Shown piece after piece: positions 27,701 to 40,685 of a stretch of DNA of 64,000 nt. The stretch lies in NCBI GenBank assembly GCA_053919585.1, contig CM132795.1; one strand, written 5' to 3'. The translations under genes were made by a program, and so were the position numbers. The notes under the pieces were generated by a model. It was given only the letters and a program-made list of their open reading frames with translations. It was not told where the DNA came from and did no database searches. How positions within the stretch are numbered: position 1 is the stretch's first letter; every line of letters starts with the position of its first letter. Source of the DNA: Euprymna scolopes. Taxonomy: Eukaryota.

Positions 27701-28399
27701 CATTGTCTGTATTATCTAAACATTTATACACTTGTGCGACGTCCGGTGTATAAAACACATTATCCTCGCAAACATTAATCAATGTGAAACGAACTACCTC
27801 CCTTTTTAGTCGTTTTGTTTCAATGAAAATTCATTAAACCATATCCTCCCCCAAAATTTTCTAAACAAAAAAAAAACATGGTTGTCTGTTTACGGTTTTA
27901 AATTGACATTTAGTTTTTATAATTTATAAAAGATAATGTTGAGAGGGCACTGTATTTTTTTTATTATAGATTGTTTTTAAAATAAAAAAATGGGCAAGTG
28001 AATTGCCATCGGTTTCTTTATAATTGATATTTTTTAAATGAATTCTTTTTAGCTTTTTATATGGTTAAAAGAGAATTCACTAAAAAGTGTTTAAAATTCG
28101 CCCTTATTTGTTTTATTTTATTTCTATTCATTTTATTTTAAATGTGTTTTAAAAATTTTATTACTATGAAATTTTCACAGGCTCTGCTCGTTTAGATTAA
28201 TCGAACTATTGTTTTTATCTTTAGTGTTATTTGCACAATGTTTTGATTAACGTAATATTCGGCCTTATTCAGGCGTATAAATAACCATGTTTGCTTAATA
28301 TACTACAAACATCTGCTTGAGTCTTGGTTGTTACTTTAGACTAGCTCAAGTCAGAGCTTAGGGACTTAATATACCGTATTGCCACCTGTACGATTAAAA

Positions 28400-28730
28400 A
28401 CCGACTATCTAGAAAGAATGGGAAAATGTTCGATGGTAGTGTCTCTCGCATAAAATGACCTTTTAGTAGGTAACTTATCAATCACTTCGTAAATGAGAAT
28501 TAGTTAGCACAAAAGTAGTAGACTGGAATAATGTGGCTTTTTTTATAAAGAAGTCACCACTTATATCAAAGCACGGAGGCCATTCGAGGATAAGAGTAAC
28601 TGAGTGTACGGTAGTCTATGGGGATTATATCATCGGAATCGTTAGTAGTGGAAATTTGTTAAATTGGATTACTGAAGGGGACGGCTCATCAAGAACTTGT
28701 TCACGTTGGACTTGAAGACGATCATATTGT
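28400..28730. repeat. Local duplication unit A (copy at about 29258-29590), containing a short minus-strand LINE 3' tail
   Basis: Shared GGTAGTGTCTCTCGC...AGTCACCACTTAT...GGATAAG...CTTGAAGACGATCATATTGTAG; the latter part is the reverse complement of the 25450-25637 LINE end. Confidence 0.85.
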
Positions 28731-28899
28731 AGGTTTTAGGTAAAACGAAACCCTCTCTAACTTTTTCCAAACATGGCTACTCATACACTTGAAGAATATC
28801 CAGTGACCGACATGTTGTGCAAATAACGCTCAAGATGGGAAAATTAATGTAATTAAAATACAAACAATTATAATTATTTTAAAACATCCTTTCCGATAA

Positions 28900-29248
28900 G
28901 CTTATATGTACCTATCAATATATATATATATTATGCGCCTTAAAGCACGTGTCGACATCTACAGTATGCAGTTTGCCTCTCTCTAATGAATATCTGCCTG
29001 TGTGTGGCGAATACTCACAACATTCACGCTGTTTCTCTGTTGATATGTATGGGCATCGCCAGAACCGGGCTGATCTAGAGAAATCTAATATTGATATAAA
29101 AAAATACTTTTACAAGTAGTTGTAGTTCCTTTAGTAATCATCGATAAACGAATTTTCGATAAGGAGAGTAGAAATTAGATCTTGGGTTTAATTTCGACAG
29201 CCGCGTGATTCTCGCTTCCAATATTTGTTCTTTAGTCCTCACATCCCA
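28900..29248. repeat. Local duplication unit B (copy at about 39935-40263)
   Basis: Shared ATGTACCTATCAATATAT...GAACCGGGCTGATCTAGAGAAATCTAAT...AGTCCTCACATCCCAT. Confidence 0.9.
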
Positions 29249-29919
29249 TGATCAAAAGCCGGCTGTCTAGATAGAATGGGAGTGTGTTCGGCGGTAGTGT
29301 CTCTCGCGTAAAATGATCTCTTAGTAGGTAACTTATCAATCACTTCGTAAATGAGAATCAGTCAGGGCAAAAGTAGTAGGTCTGAATCATGTGGCTTTTT
29401 TTTCCAAATGAGTCACCACTTATCAAGTCCGGAGATCACTCAAGGATAAGGGTAATGAGTGTACGGTAGTCAATGAGACAATATCGCAGCAATAAAGTTA
29501 TCAGTGGAAATTTAGTAAATTGGATTACTTAAGAGGACAACTCATCAAGAACTTGTTCATGTTAGACTTGAAGACGATCATATTGTAGTTAGTTGGGAAG
29601 CAGTGAAACGGGACAGAGTTCAACTAAGCTAAGAAGTCTATTTTAGACACTTAGAGTAGTATCACACATAGCTGTCTGCTACCAGATTAGGTTTTTTGAG
29701 TTACTAGCTTCCTAATGAAAGATGCACTAAACATTGATATTATTATTTTTTCTTTTGCCCTTGCACAAACTAAATCATATTTTGCAAAGTCACAAACAAA
29801 TACAAGAATGTTCCTCTACAAAACCACAAAACCAAACAAAATAAACATTTGAAAAATAAAAAAATTATATGAAGCATAAAACAATGTTTCTAAAATTACT
29901 GAATGTCACATTGAATAAC

Positions 29920-30780
29920 TTAAAAGGGTTGATACGCCGTAAAACCAAACAACGAAAACACTAGACATCAAGATATTCAAATGACAGAACGAAAAAGATT
30001 CTCGACCTGAAATGCATAATAATCTAAAACAAATTAAGCTTTAATAAAGTGGGTTTCAAAGAACGCTTCATTAATATTTTCCTTGACATCCACATAGTCT
30101 ATTGTTTAAATATCTTATTTAGTTATGTTTTATTTAATAAAACGTGAATCTATTTGTGTTTAACTTATTCATTTAATACGACATTTGAAATAAAAAATAT
30201 ATTTAACTCAAACGACTAATAGAATTAGCGAGTTTGCTTCGTTACTTGTAAATTAATTTCTCCGAATGAAAATAGACTGAAAATATCATTTGGTCGATAT
30301 TTCATTACCAATCTGTAACACGAGCCCACCTGTCAACTTGCAGACTTCGATCAATAATAAATTGCAGCACCACCATATCTTTTCAAATACAAAGTGCCAA
30401 CATACCTGGCATATCTTAAAATATCGCGGCAGTTCACATCCAATTAGAGAAACTTATCTCTATTATAAGTAAATTAAACGTAGATTTTTGCACAATCAAA
30501 TATCTAAGATGAATTATAATACGTTGATGTCTCGTCATCGTAAAAAATGTGAGTTCGTTTTCATGCGTGATTGTCGCTCAAAGACACCACACAATCTCAT
30601 TCAATAAATATGCCCCAATGAGTCTTCAGTGTAAGACACATATTTTCTAATTTGTCATTCGCCGTCTGCATTGCTATATACACATAAGCGTTAAGAATTA
30701 CAGAATTTTACACACAGCGGACAATAATTTATTTCGCTTGGGACGTTTTTGAAAATAGTAGATTAGAGTTTTTTCATGTT
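29920..30780. repeat. Local duplication unit C (copy at about 32915-33960)
   Basis: Shared ATTCTCGACCTGAAATGCATAATAATCTAAA...CGAATGAAAATAGACTGAAAATA...GACAATAATTTATTTCGC. Confidence 0.9.
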
Positions 30781-31135
30781 TTTTTTTATTTTTTGAATAT
30801 TTGCACTTTGCGTTAACGACTGTTATTATATGATGTTGATCTCCTACATCAAGTGTGTAGATGGGCTTATCGTCGAAATTATGAAGAGAGTTACCAGTGA
30901 GTGTCGTTGCAAAATTAGAGGCAGTTGTAGCTACAGAATTGGATGCAAGCCTTCTGTAAAATTCTTTGTAATACTCTTTTGTAAATATAGTAGCGCGCTA
31001 TTTAGTGGTTATCAGGTTAACGATAGGGACACGATAAGAACATGCCCACCTATCAAAATCTATGTCGCGCAAATTTGGTGACAAAGAATTCGAATCATAC
31101 GAAAATAACTCGGTCGTAAGCTGCAGTAAACACTG

Positions 31136-31140
<5 letters not shown>

Positions 31141-31184
<44 letters not shown>

Positions 31185-31925
31185 CTGAATGTGTGTGTAT
31201 GTGTCTGGTCACGAATAGTCTCCTATATGGTTGACTATTTTAAAAAGCTGATTACATATAATGATAGAAGATGTATCGAGAAACACGAATGGGTATGCTT
31301 GATCTGGCAGAACTGTGGTTCATTAAAATTGTGGGATCTGCGTTCGCGCCTGGTCCACAAAGTATGGAAATAAAAAAAATTAAAAATAAAAAAAAACGTT
31401 TACAAGTGTTTTTGATATAGATATACATAAATATACTTTGATAAGTATGTTTTAACTTAAATAGAGATGGTATAATAAAATTGTGAGGTCTGCGTTCGCG
31501 CCTGGCCTCTATAGAATGGAAATAGGCACAAACTTTAATAAAGATTTTTCATATCTATCTGCGTAAGTATACTTTGATAATTATGTTTCAGTTTGAAGAA
31601 ATATGGTATAATAAAATTATGGGGTGTTCGTTCGCGCATGACCTCCATAGAATGGAAATATGTCACAAATTTTAACTAGTTTTTTTTTAATATAGATCCA
31701 CAGAATATTGTGATAAGTGTTTCAGTGTGAACAGGTATGGTATAATAAATTATGGGGTTTATCTATTTTATTTTTGCTTTCATCATATTTTGCTTTGGTT
31801 TTGATACCCCCAAATTAAACTCAAATTTACAACCCTTCCTTTTCATAACCTATAATACTTTCATAAATCAGAGTCATTTTCTGTAGGTAGTTTTTGAACC
31901 AAGTAAACCGCCGGCACTTTTGCTA

Positions 31926-31926
<1 letters not shown>
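31141..31926 (+). mobile_element. Helitron-like non-autonomous element with internal ~135-150-bp tandem subrepeats
   Basis: (TA)nAAAGCTGAATGTGTGTGTATG start; subrepeats AAAATTRTGRGG...GTTCGCGC at about 31326, 31477 and 31613; ends ...CCGCCGGCACTTTTGCTAG|T. Confidence 0.65.
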
Positions 31927-31991
<65 letters not shown>

Positions 31992-32377
31992 GAAAGATAT
32001 ATGCGTGTATGTTAGCTTGTGTGCGTATATTTGGGTGTGTATGTGTGTGTTAAGTTAAAGATAACATTCGACAGAACGTTTAAGCAAAATGTAGTGGAAA
32101 ACCACAACATATTTTCTTTAAAAATTATATAACCAGGTTTCGGTTTCGTTTCTAGCTGATGCCATCCAATTCATTTTTCAACTGTTGAAATCATTACTAT
32201 CTATTGAGTACAATAAAATAATTAATAGATGACTGGCTCTATAAAAATACGATATGTGCATGAATTAAAATATTATATTAAAACTTGTTTTACTGTTGGG
32301 CTATATTGAGAGGTCATTACTATATATTACGTACATTATTGCAATCAATAGAATATTTGATCCATATCAATAAGTAA

Positions 32378-32760
32378 TCTTCTATATATATATCTATATA
32401 TATAAAAGCCAAACGTCTGTGTGTATGTATGTATGTTTGTTTGTAACGCTAAAACTTTTGAAAGACGGAACCAAACTTGACAAATTTGGTATCATATCGA
32501 AGCCCCATCACCTGGATGACAAATATCGAAATTTCACGTCAAACGGACCACTAGAAGTTGGTCAACTGATCAGTTATCTTCGAGGGGGGCCCCAAAAAAA
32601 CCTGTCATTATCTATATATATAAAAGACAAATGTTTGTTTGTAACGCTAAAACTTGAGATAAAAGATTCCTCTCCCCTAAGAATAAAACATATGTTCAAT
32701 ATCTGATTTTGTTTTTTCATTGTTTATACGGTCCCGAGCAACGCCGGGTAGCCCTGCTAG
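32378..32760 (+). mobile_element. Non-autonomous Helitron with a duplicated 5' end
   Basis: TCTATATATATAAAAG...GTTTGTTTGTAACGCTAAAACTT at about 32393 and again at 32611; 3' CCCGAGCAACGCCGGG hairpin + TAGCCCTGCTAG|T. Confidence 0.8.
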
Positions 32761-33323
32761 TACTTTATATGAATAACCTGGGGCTTAAAAACTTTTTTCT
32801 AACAATACTGGAATCGGCATTAAATATCATAAAAAACTAGAACGTAAATGCAAAATCAAAATCTTTGAATAAAATATTTGAACATATAAAAAAATTAGAC
32901 TACAATCCAAAATTAATGAAAGGGTTTATATGCCATAAAATAAAATAGCCAAACGATCCAATATCAAAATATTCAGATGACAAAACGAAAGGGTCGAGAA
33001 TTTGAGAAAAATTCTCGACCTGAAATGCATAATAATCTAAACCAAATTAAGCTTAATAGAGTGTGTTTCAAAGAATGCTTCATTAATATTTTCCAGGATA
33101 TTTACCAAGTAGTCTATCGTTTAAACGTCTTATGTAGTTAAATGTTTCATTTTATAAAATGTGATTCTATTTGTGTTCAATTTATCATCTATTAATAGAT
33201 TTGAAGTAAAAATATATTTATCTAAAACGAATAATATAGTTCACCAGATTGCTTTGTTACTTGAAAATCCATTTATTCGAATGAAAATAGACTGAAAATA
33301 CTGTTTGTTTAATATGTCATTAC

Positions 33324-33491
33324 TAGGGCTATTACAAGAGGATGCTTTTCATTTTTTGTACTCTAGATTATATATCAGTTAATATCTTATATATTTTAGA
33401 TAGAGGGATGTGATTCTCGATTGATTAACTGTGTCGGATATATAATCGAGAGTCAAAACAACGAAAAGAATATTTTCTTTACATAGCTCTA
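33324..33491. mobile_element. 168-bp hAT-type MITE with 8-bp TSD
   Basis: TSD GTCATTAC at 33316-33323 and 33492-33499; termini TAGGGCTAT/ATAGCTCTA; absent from the paralogous site (TTCATTACCA at about 30302). Confidence 0.88.
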
Positions 33492-34339
33492 GTCATTACC
33501 ACTCTGTACGCAAGCTCGTCTATGAACTTGCAGACGTCGATCAAATATACCAGTATTGCACACTAGAATTGTACCAACATCATAGTTTTCAAATTAAAAG
33601 TGCCAACATACTTGGCATATCTTAAAATAGCATGGCAGTTCACAGCTAATTAGAATAACTTATTTATAGTACAAAATAATTTAAACGTGGATTTTTGCAC
33701 GACCAAATATTTAAGATGAACCCTAATGCTTTAGTTTCTCATTATCGTAATATACGTTATCTTGTTTTCGTGCGTGATTGTCGTTAAAAGACGCCACGCA
33801 ACTCATCCATTCAATATCTTCTTGTTTACCTTCAGTCTACTTTGTTACTCGCGTTCTGCATTGCTATATACGTACAAGCGTCAAAAATTTCACACACCAG
33901 ACAATAATTTATTTCGCCTATAACGTTTATGAGAATAGTGGACTGAAGTTTTTTCATCTGAGTGTTTTTATCCTAAATGCGACTCCGTTATGCAAAATAT
34001 AGAGAGTATGCCTAAGTAGAATGCGCGTAATAATTAAAAGAAAAGCAATCAACTAATAAGAAACAATAAAACAATGTTAATTAATGAAAGTTCGCTTTGC
34101 AAAGGAAAATAAAAATTAGTTTACATCACTGTAGTCGCTTCCTTACCTATGACTGAGTATATTAAGAAGTTCGTTTTAATAATTTTTTAATAGTAAGAGA
34201 AAGCTTTATGCATCAATGTCAGTGTAATAAAACTCAATTTTATATATATGAGTGTGCGTGTGTGCCACAAATCTTTCCTTAAATGCTACAAACTTTTGAG
34301 GAATGTAGAAAATATGCATAAATAAAACTGACTCAATGA

Positions 34340-37300
34340 ATGAATGAGTATATTAAGGTGTAAAATGACTGAATATATAAAGGTGTTCAATGATTGAGTA
34401 TATTAAGGTTCAATGCCCACGTATATTAAGGTGTTCAATAACTGAGTATATTAAGGTGTTCAATAACTGAGTATATTAAGGTGTTCGATGATTGAGTATA
34501 ATAAGGTGTTCAATGCCTACGTATATTAAGGTGTTCAATGACTGAGTATATAAAGGTGTTCAATGCCTGAGTATATAAAGGTGTTCAATGCCTGAGTATA
34601 TAAAGATGTTCTATGCCTGAGTATATAAAGGTGTATAATGACTGCGTATATTAGGGTGTTCAATTACTGAGTATATTAAGGTGTTCAATAACTGATTATA
34701 TTAATGTGTTCAATGCCTGAGCATATTAAGGTGTTCAATAACTGAGTATATTAAGGTGTTCGATGATTGAGTATAATACGGTGTTCGATGATTGAGTATA
34801 ATAAGGTGTTCAATGCCTACGTATATTAAGGTGTTAAATGACTGAGTATATTAAGGTGGTCAACGCCTGAGTATATTAAGGTGTTCAATAACTGAGTATA
34901 TTAAGGTGTTTAATGCCTGAGTATATAAAGGTGTTTAATGATTGCGTATATTAAGGTGTTCAATGACTGAGTATATAAAGGTGTTCAAAGATCGAGTATG
35001 TTAAGGTGTTCAATGCCTGGGTATATTAAGGTGTTCAATGCCTGAGTATATAAAGGTGTTTAATGACTACTTATATTAAGGTGTTCAATAACTGAACACA
35101 TTAAGGTGTTCAATGCCTGAGTATATTAAGGTTTTCAATAACTGAGTATATTAATGTGTTCAATGCCTGAGCATATTAAGGTGTTCAATAACTGAGTATA
35201 TTAATGTGTCCGATGGTTGAGTATAATAAGTGTTCAATGCCTACGTATATTAAGGTGTTCAATGCCTGAGTATATCAGGGTGTTCAATGCCTGAGTATAT
35301 AAAGGTGTTCTATGCCTGAGTATATACAGGTGTATAATGACTGCGTATATTAAGGTGTTCAATTACTGAGTATATTAAGGTGTTCAATAACTGATTATAT
35401 TAATGTGTTCAATGCCTGAGCATATTAAGGTGTTCAATAACTGAGTATATTAAGGTGTTCGATGATTGAGTATAATATGGTGTTCGATGATTGAGTATAA
35501 TAAGGTGTTCAATGCCTACGTATATTAAGGTGTTAAATGAGTGAATATATTAAGGTGTTCAATGCCTGAGTATATAAAGGTGTTTAATAACTGAGTATAT
35601 TAAGGTGTTCAATGCCTGAGTATATTAAGGTGTTCAAAGATCGAGTATATTAAGGTGTTCAATAACTGAGTATATTAAGGTGTTCAATGCCTGAGTATAT
35701 AAAGGTGTTTAATGATTGCGTATATTAAGGTGTTCAATGACTGAGTATATTAAGGTGTTCAAAGATCGAGTATATTAAGGTGTTCAATGCCTGGGTATAT
35801 TAAGGTGTTCAATGCCTGAGTATATAAAGGTGTTTAATGACTACTTATATTTAGGTGTTCAATAACTGAATATATTAAGGTGGTCAATGGCTGAGCATAT
35901 TAAGGTGTTCAATAACTGATTATATTAAAGTGTTCGATGATTGAGTATAATAAGTGTTCAATGCCTACGTATATAAAGGTGTTCAATGACTGAGTATATT
36001 AAGTTGTTCAATGCCTGAGTATATTAAGGTGTTCAATGCCTGAGTATATAAAGGTGTTCAATGCCTGAGTATATAAAGGTGTTTAATGACTGCGTATATT
36101 AAGGTGTTCAATTACTGAGTATATTAAAGTGTTCAATAACTGAGTATATTAATGTGTTCAATGCCTGAGCATATTAAGGTGTTCAATAACTGAGTATATT
36201 AAGGTGTTCAATGACTGTGTATATTAAGGTGTTCAATGACTGAGTATATCAAGGTGTTCAATGCCTGAGTATATAAATGTGTTTAATGACTGCGTATATT
36301 AAGGTGTTCAATTACTGAGTATATTAAGGTGTTCAATAACTGATTATATTAATGTGTTCAATGCCTGAGAATATTAAGGTGTTCAATGACTGAGTATACT
36401 AAGGTGTTCGATGATTGAGTATAATAAGGTGTTCGATGATTGAGTATAATGTGTTCAATGCCTACGTATATTAAGGTGTTCAATGCCTGAGTATATAAAG
36501 GTGTTCAATGCCTGAGTATATTAAGGTGTTCAAAGATCGAGTATGTTAAGAAATTCAATGCCTGGGTATATTAAAGTGTTCAATGCCTGAGTATATAAAG
36601 GTGTTTAATGACTACATATATTAAGGTGTTCAATAACTGAATATATTAAGGTTTTCAATGCCTGAGTATATTAAGGTTTTCAATAACTGAGTATATTAAT
36701 GTGTTCAATGCCTGAGCATATTAAGGTGTTCAATAACTGAGTATATTAAGGTGTTCGATGATTGAGTATAATAAGGTGTTCAATGCCTACGTATATTAAG
36801 GTGTTCAATGACTGAGTATATTAAGGTGTTCAATGCCTGAGTATATTAAGGTGTTCAATGCCTGAGTATATAAAGGTGTTCAATTACTGAGTATATTAAG
36901 GTGTTCAATAACTGATTATATTGATGTGTTCAATGCCTGGGCATATTAAGGTGTTCAATAACTGAGTATATTAAGGTGTTCGATGATTGAGTATAATATG
37001 GTGTTCGTTGATTGAGTATAATAAGGTGTTCAATGCCTACGTATATTAAGGTGTTCAATGACTGAGTATATTAAGGTTTTCAATGCCTGAGTATATTAAG
37101 GTGTTTAATGACTGAGTATATTAAGGTGTTCAATGCCTGAGTATATTAAGGTGTTCAAAGATCGAGTATATTAAGGTGTTCAATAACTGAGTATATTAAG
37201 GTGTTCAATGCCTGGGCATATTAAGGTGTTCAATAACTGAGTATATTAAGGTGTTCGATGATTGAGTATAATAAGGTGTTCGATGATTGAGTATAATGTG

Positions 37301-39749
37301 TTCAATGCCTACGTATATTAAGGTGTTCAATGCCTGAGTATATAAAGGTGTTCAATGCCTGAGTATATTAAGGTGTTCAAAGATCGAGTATGTTAAGGAA
37401 TTCAATGCCTGGGTATATTAAAGTGTTCAATGCCTGAGTATATAAAGGTGTTTAATGACTACTTATATTAAGGTGTTCAATAACTGAATATATTAAGGTT
37501 TTCAATGCCTGAGTATATTAAGGTTTTCAATAACTGAGTATATTAATGTGTTCAATGCCTGAGCATATTAAGGTGTTAAATAACTGAGTATATTAAGGTG
37601 TTCGATGATTGAGTATAATAAGGTGTTCAATGCCTACGTATATTAAGGTGTTCAATGACTGAGTATATTAAGGTGTTCAATGCCTGAGTATATTAAGGTG
37701 TTCAATGCCTGAGTATATAAAGGTGTTCAATTACTGAGTATATTAAGGTGTTCAATAACTGATTATATTGATGTGTTCAATGCCTGGGCATATTAAGGTG
37801 TTCAATAACTGAGTATATTAAGGTATTCGATGATTGAGTATAATATGGTGTTCGTTGATTGAGTATAATAAGGTGTTCAATGCCTACGTAAATTAAGGTG
37901 TTCAATGACTGAGTATATTAAGGTGTTCAATTCCTGAGTATATTAAGGTGTTAAATAACTGAGTATATTAAGGTGTTCAATGCCTGAGTATATTAAGGTG
38001 TTCAAAGATCGAGTATATTAAGGTGTTCAATAACTGAGTATATTAAGGTGTTCAATGCCTGAGTATATAAAGGTGTTTAATGATTGCGTATATTAAGGTG
38101 TTCAATGACTGAGTATATTAAGGTGTTCAAAGATCGAGTATATTAAGGTGTTCAATGCCTGGGTATATTAAGGTGTTCAATGCCTGAGTATATAAAGGTG
38201 TTTAATGACTACTTATATTTAGGTGTTCAATAACTGAATATATTAAGGTGGTCAATGGCTGAGCATATTAAGGTGTTCAATAACTGATTATATTAAAGTG
38301 TTCGATGATTGAGTATAATAAGTGTTCAATGCCTACGTATATTAAGGTGTTCAATGACTGAGTATATTAAGGTGTTCAATGCCTGAGTATATAAAGGTGT
38401 TCAATGCCTGAGTATATAAAGGTGTTCAATGCCTGAGTATATAAAGGTGTTTAATGACTGCGTATATTAAGGTGTTCAATTACTGAGTATATTAAAGTGT
38501 TCAATAACTGAGTATATTAATGTGTTCAATGCCTGAGCATATTAAGGTGTTCAATAACTGAGTATATTAAGGTGTTCAATGACTGTGTATATTAAGGTGT
38601 TCAATGACTGAGTATATCAAGGTGTTCAATGCCTGAGTATATAAATGTGTTTAATGACTGCGTATATTAAGGTGTTCAATTACTGAGTATATTAAGGTGT
38701 TCAATAACTGATTATATTAATGTGTTCAATGCCTGAGCATATTAAGGTGTTCAATAACTGAGTATACTAAGGTGTTCGATGATTGAGTATAATAAGGTGT
38801 TCGATGATTGAGTATAATGTGTTCAATGCCTACGTATATTAAGGTGTTCAATGCCTGAGTATATAAAGGTGTTCAATGCCCGAGTATATTAAGGTGTTCA
38901 AAGATCGAGTATGTTAAGGAATTCAATGCCTGGGTATATTAAGGTGTTCAATGCCTGAGTATATAAAGGTGTTTAATGACTACTTATATTAAGGTGTTCA
39001 ATAACTGAATATATTAAGGTTTTCAATGCCTGAGTATATTAAGGTTTTCAATAACTGAGTATATTAATGTGTTCAATGCCTGAGCATATTAAGGTGTTCA
39101 ATAACTGAGTATATTAAGGTGTTCGATGATTGAGTATAATAAGGTGTTCAATGCCTACGTATATTAAGGTGTTCAATGACTGAGTATATTAAGGTGTTCA
39201 ATGCCTGAGTATATTAAGGTGTTCAATGCCTGAGTATATAAAGGTGTTCAATTACTGAGTATATTAAGGTGTTCAATAACTGATTATATTGATGTGTTCA
39301 ATGCCTGGGCATATTAAGGTGTTCAATAACTGAGTATATTAAGGTGTTCGATGATTGAGTATAATATGGTGTTCGTTGATTGAGTATAATAAGGTGTTCA
39401 ATGCCTACGTATATTAAGGTGTTCAATGACTGAGTATATTAAGGTGTTCGATGCCTGAGTATATTAAGGTGTTCAATGCCTGAGTATATTAAGGTGTTCA
39501 AAGATCGAGTATATTAAGGTGTTCAATAACTGAGTATATTAAGGTGTTCAATGCCTGAGTATATAAAGGTGTTTAATGATTGCGTATATTAAGGTGTTCA
39601 ATGACTGAGTATATTAAGGTGTTCAAAGATCGAGTATAATAAGGTGTTCAATGCCTGGGTATATTATGGTGTTCAATGCCTGAGTATATAAATGTGTTTA
39701 ATGATTGCATATATTAAGGTGTTCAATGACTGAGTATATTAAGGTGTTC
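34340..39749. repeat. 25-bp satellite array, about 215 copies, with higher-order structure
   Basis: Consensus GAGTATATTAAGGTGTTCAATGCCT; diagnostic variants recur at 847, 1521 and 2368 bp spacing. Confidence 0.98.
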
Positions 39750-40562
39750 CTTTTAATAATTTGCGATAGAAGCATTGTCTTTTTATGTCAATGTCAGTGT
39801 AGAAAAGATATCAAGTTTATAAGTGTATATTAGTTTCCTTGCAATGCCACAGGAGAGACAGTCAAGCAAAACAACCCGAAGCAAACTTCATCCCAAAGCA
39901 TCAAAACTAATTTCACAATGTTTTCGACTAGTCTATATGTACCTATCAATATATAATGCGCCTTAAAGCACGTTTCGAAATTAGAGTATGTTGTTTGCCT
40001 CTGCCTAATGACCATTTGCCCGTTCGTAGCGAATAGTCACAACATACACTCTGTATGCAAGAATATCGCCTGAACCGGGCTGATCTAGAGAAATCTAATA
40101 TCTATTTAAAAAAAAAATACTTTTACAAGTAGTTGTAGTTCCTGTAGTAATCCTCGATAGACGAATGTTTCGATAAGAAGAGTAGAAATTAGATCTTGGG
40201 TTTAATTTCGACAGCCGCGTGATTCTCGCTTCCAGTATTTGTCCTTTAGTCCTCACATCCCATCGAATTGCACTTAAATTGTAACCATAAAATAGTAGCA
40301 TACTCTACTAAAAGCCTTCAAATTTTCATGTAGTTTCAGCTCATAAGATCAAAGATATGCACATTTCAACATCCATTTGGCTACAAGTATAGATATATCC
40401 ATATATAAATATACCAGTTTTGGGGGCAATTTTACGAGTTCGAAATTTTGGAAATTACTGATCTAAATTTAATAAATAAAGGCTCGTTGGGAAGCTAATG
40501 ACCTGAATTGTATTAGGGATTATGTAACATTCACCCTTAATGTTGCAGATTACTGTTTTAAG

Positions 40563-40685
40563 ATGTAGGGGATCACTTTTCTATATTAATTTAACGTAAG
40601 ATGGGCACCCACTTTATGGCCACCTTGGCCATAAAGTGGATGTTCATTTTATATTAAATTAATATAGAAAAGTGATCCCCCACAT
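40563..40685. repeat. Long inverted repeat: 60-bp arms, 3-nt loop
   Basis: ATGTAGGGGATCACTTTTC...TTTATGGCCA-CCT-TGGCCATAAA...GAAAAGTGATCCCCCACAT. Confidence 0.95.

Noticed and set aside
34340-39749. Constant core plus variable segment resembling repeat-spacer arrays
   Set aside because: Variable parts are only ~8 nt, are point variants of one another and recur many times; this is satellite evolution.
39830-40301. ORFs in duplication unit B as a tandem gene family exon
   Set aside because: The paralog at 29100-29248 has a frameshift and stop; no recognisable protein.
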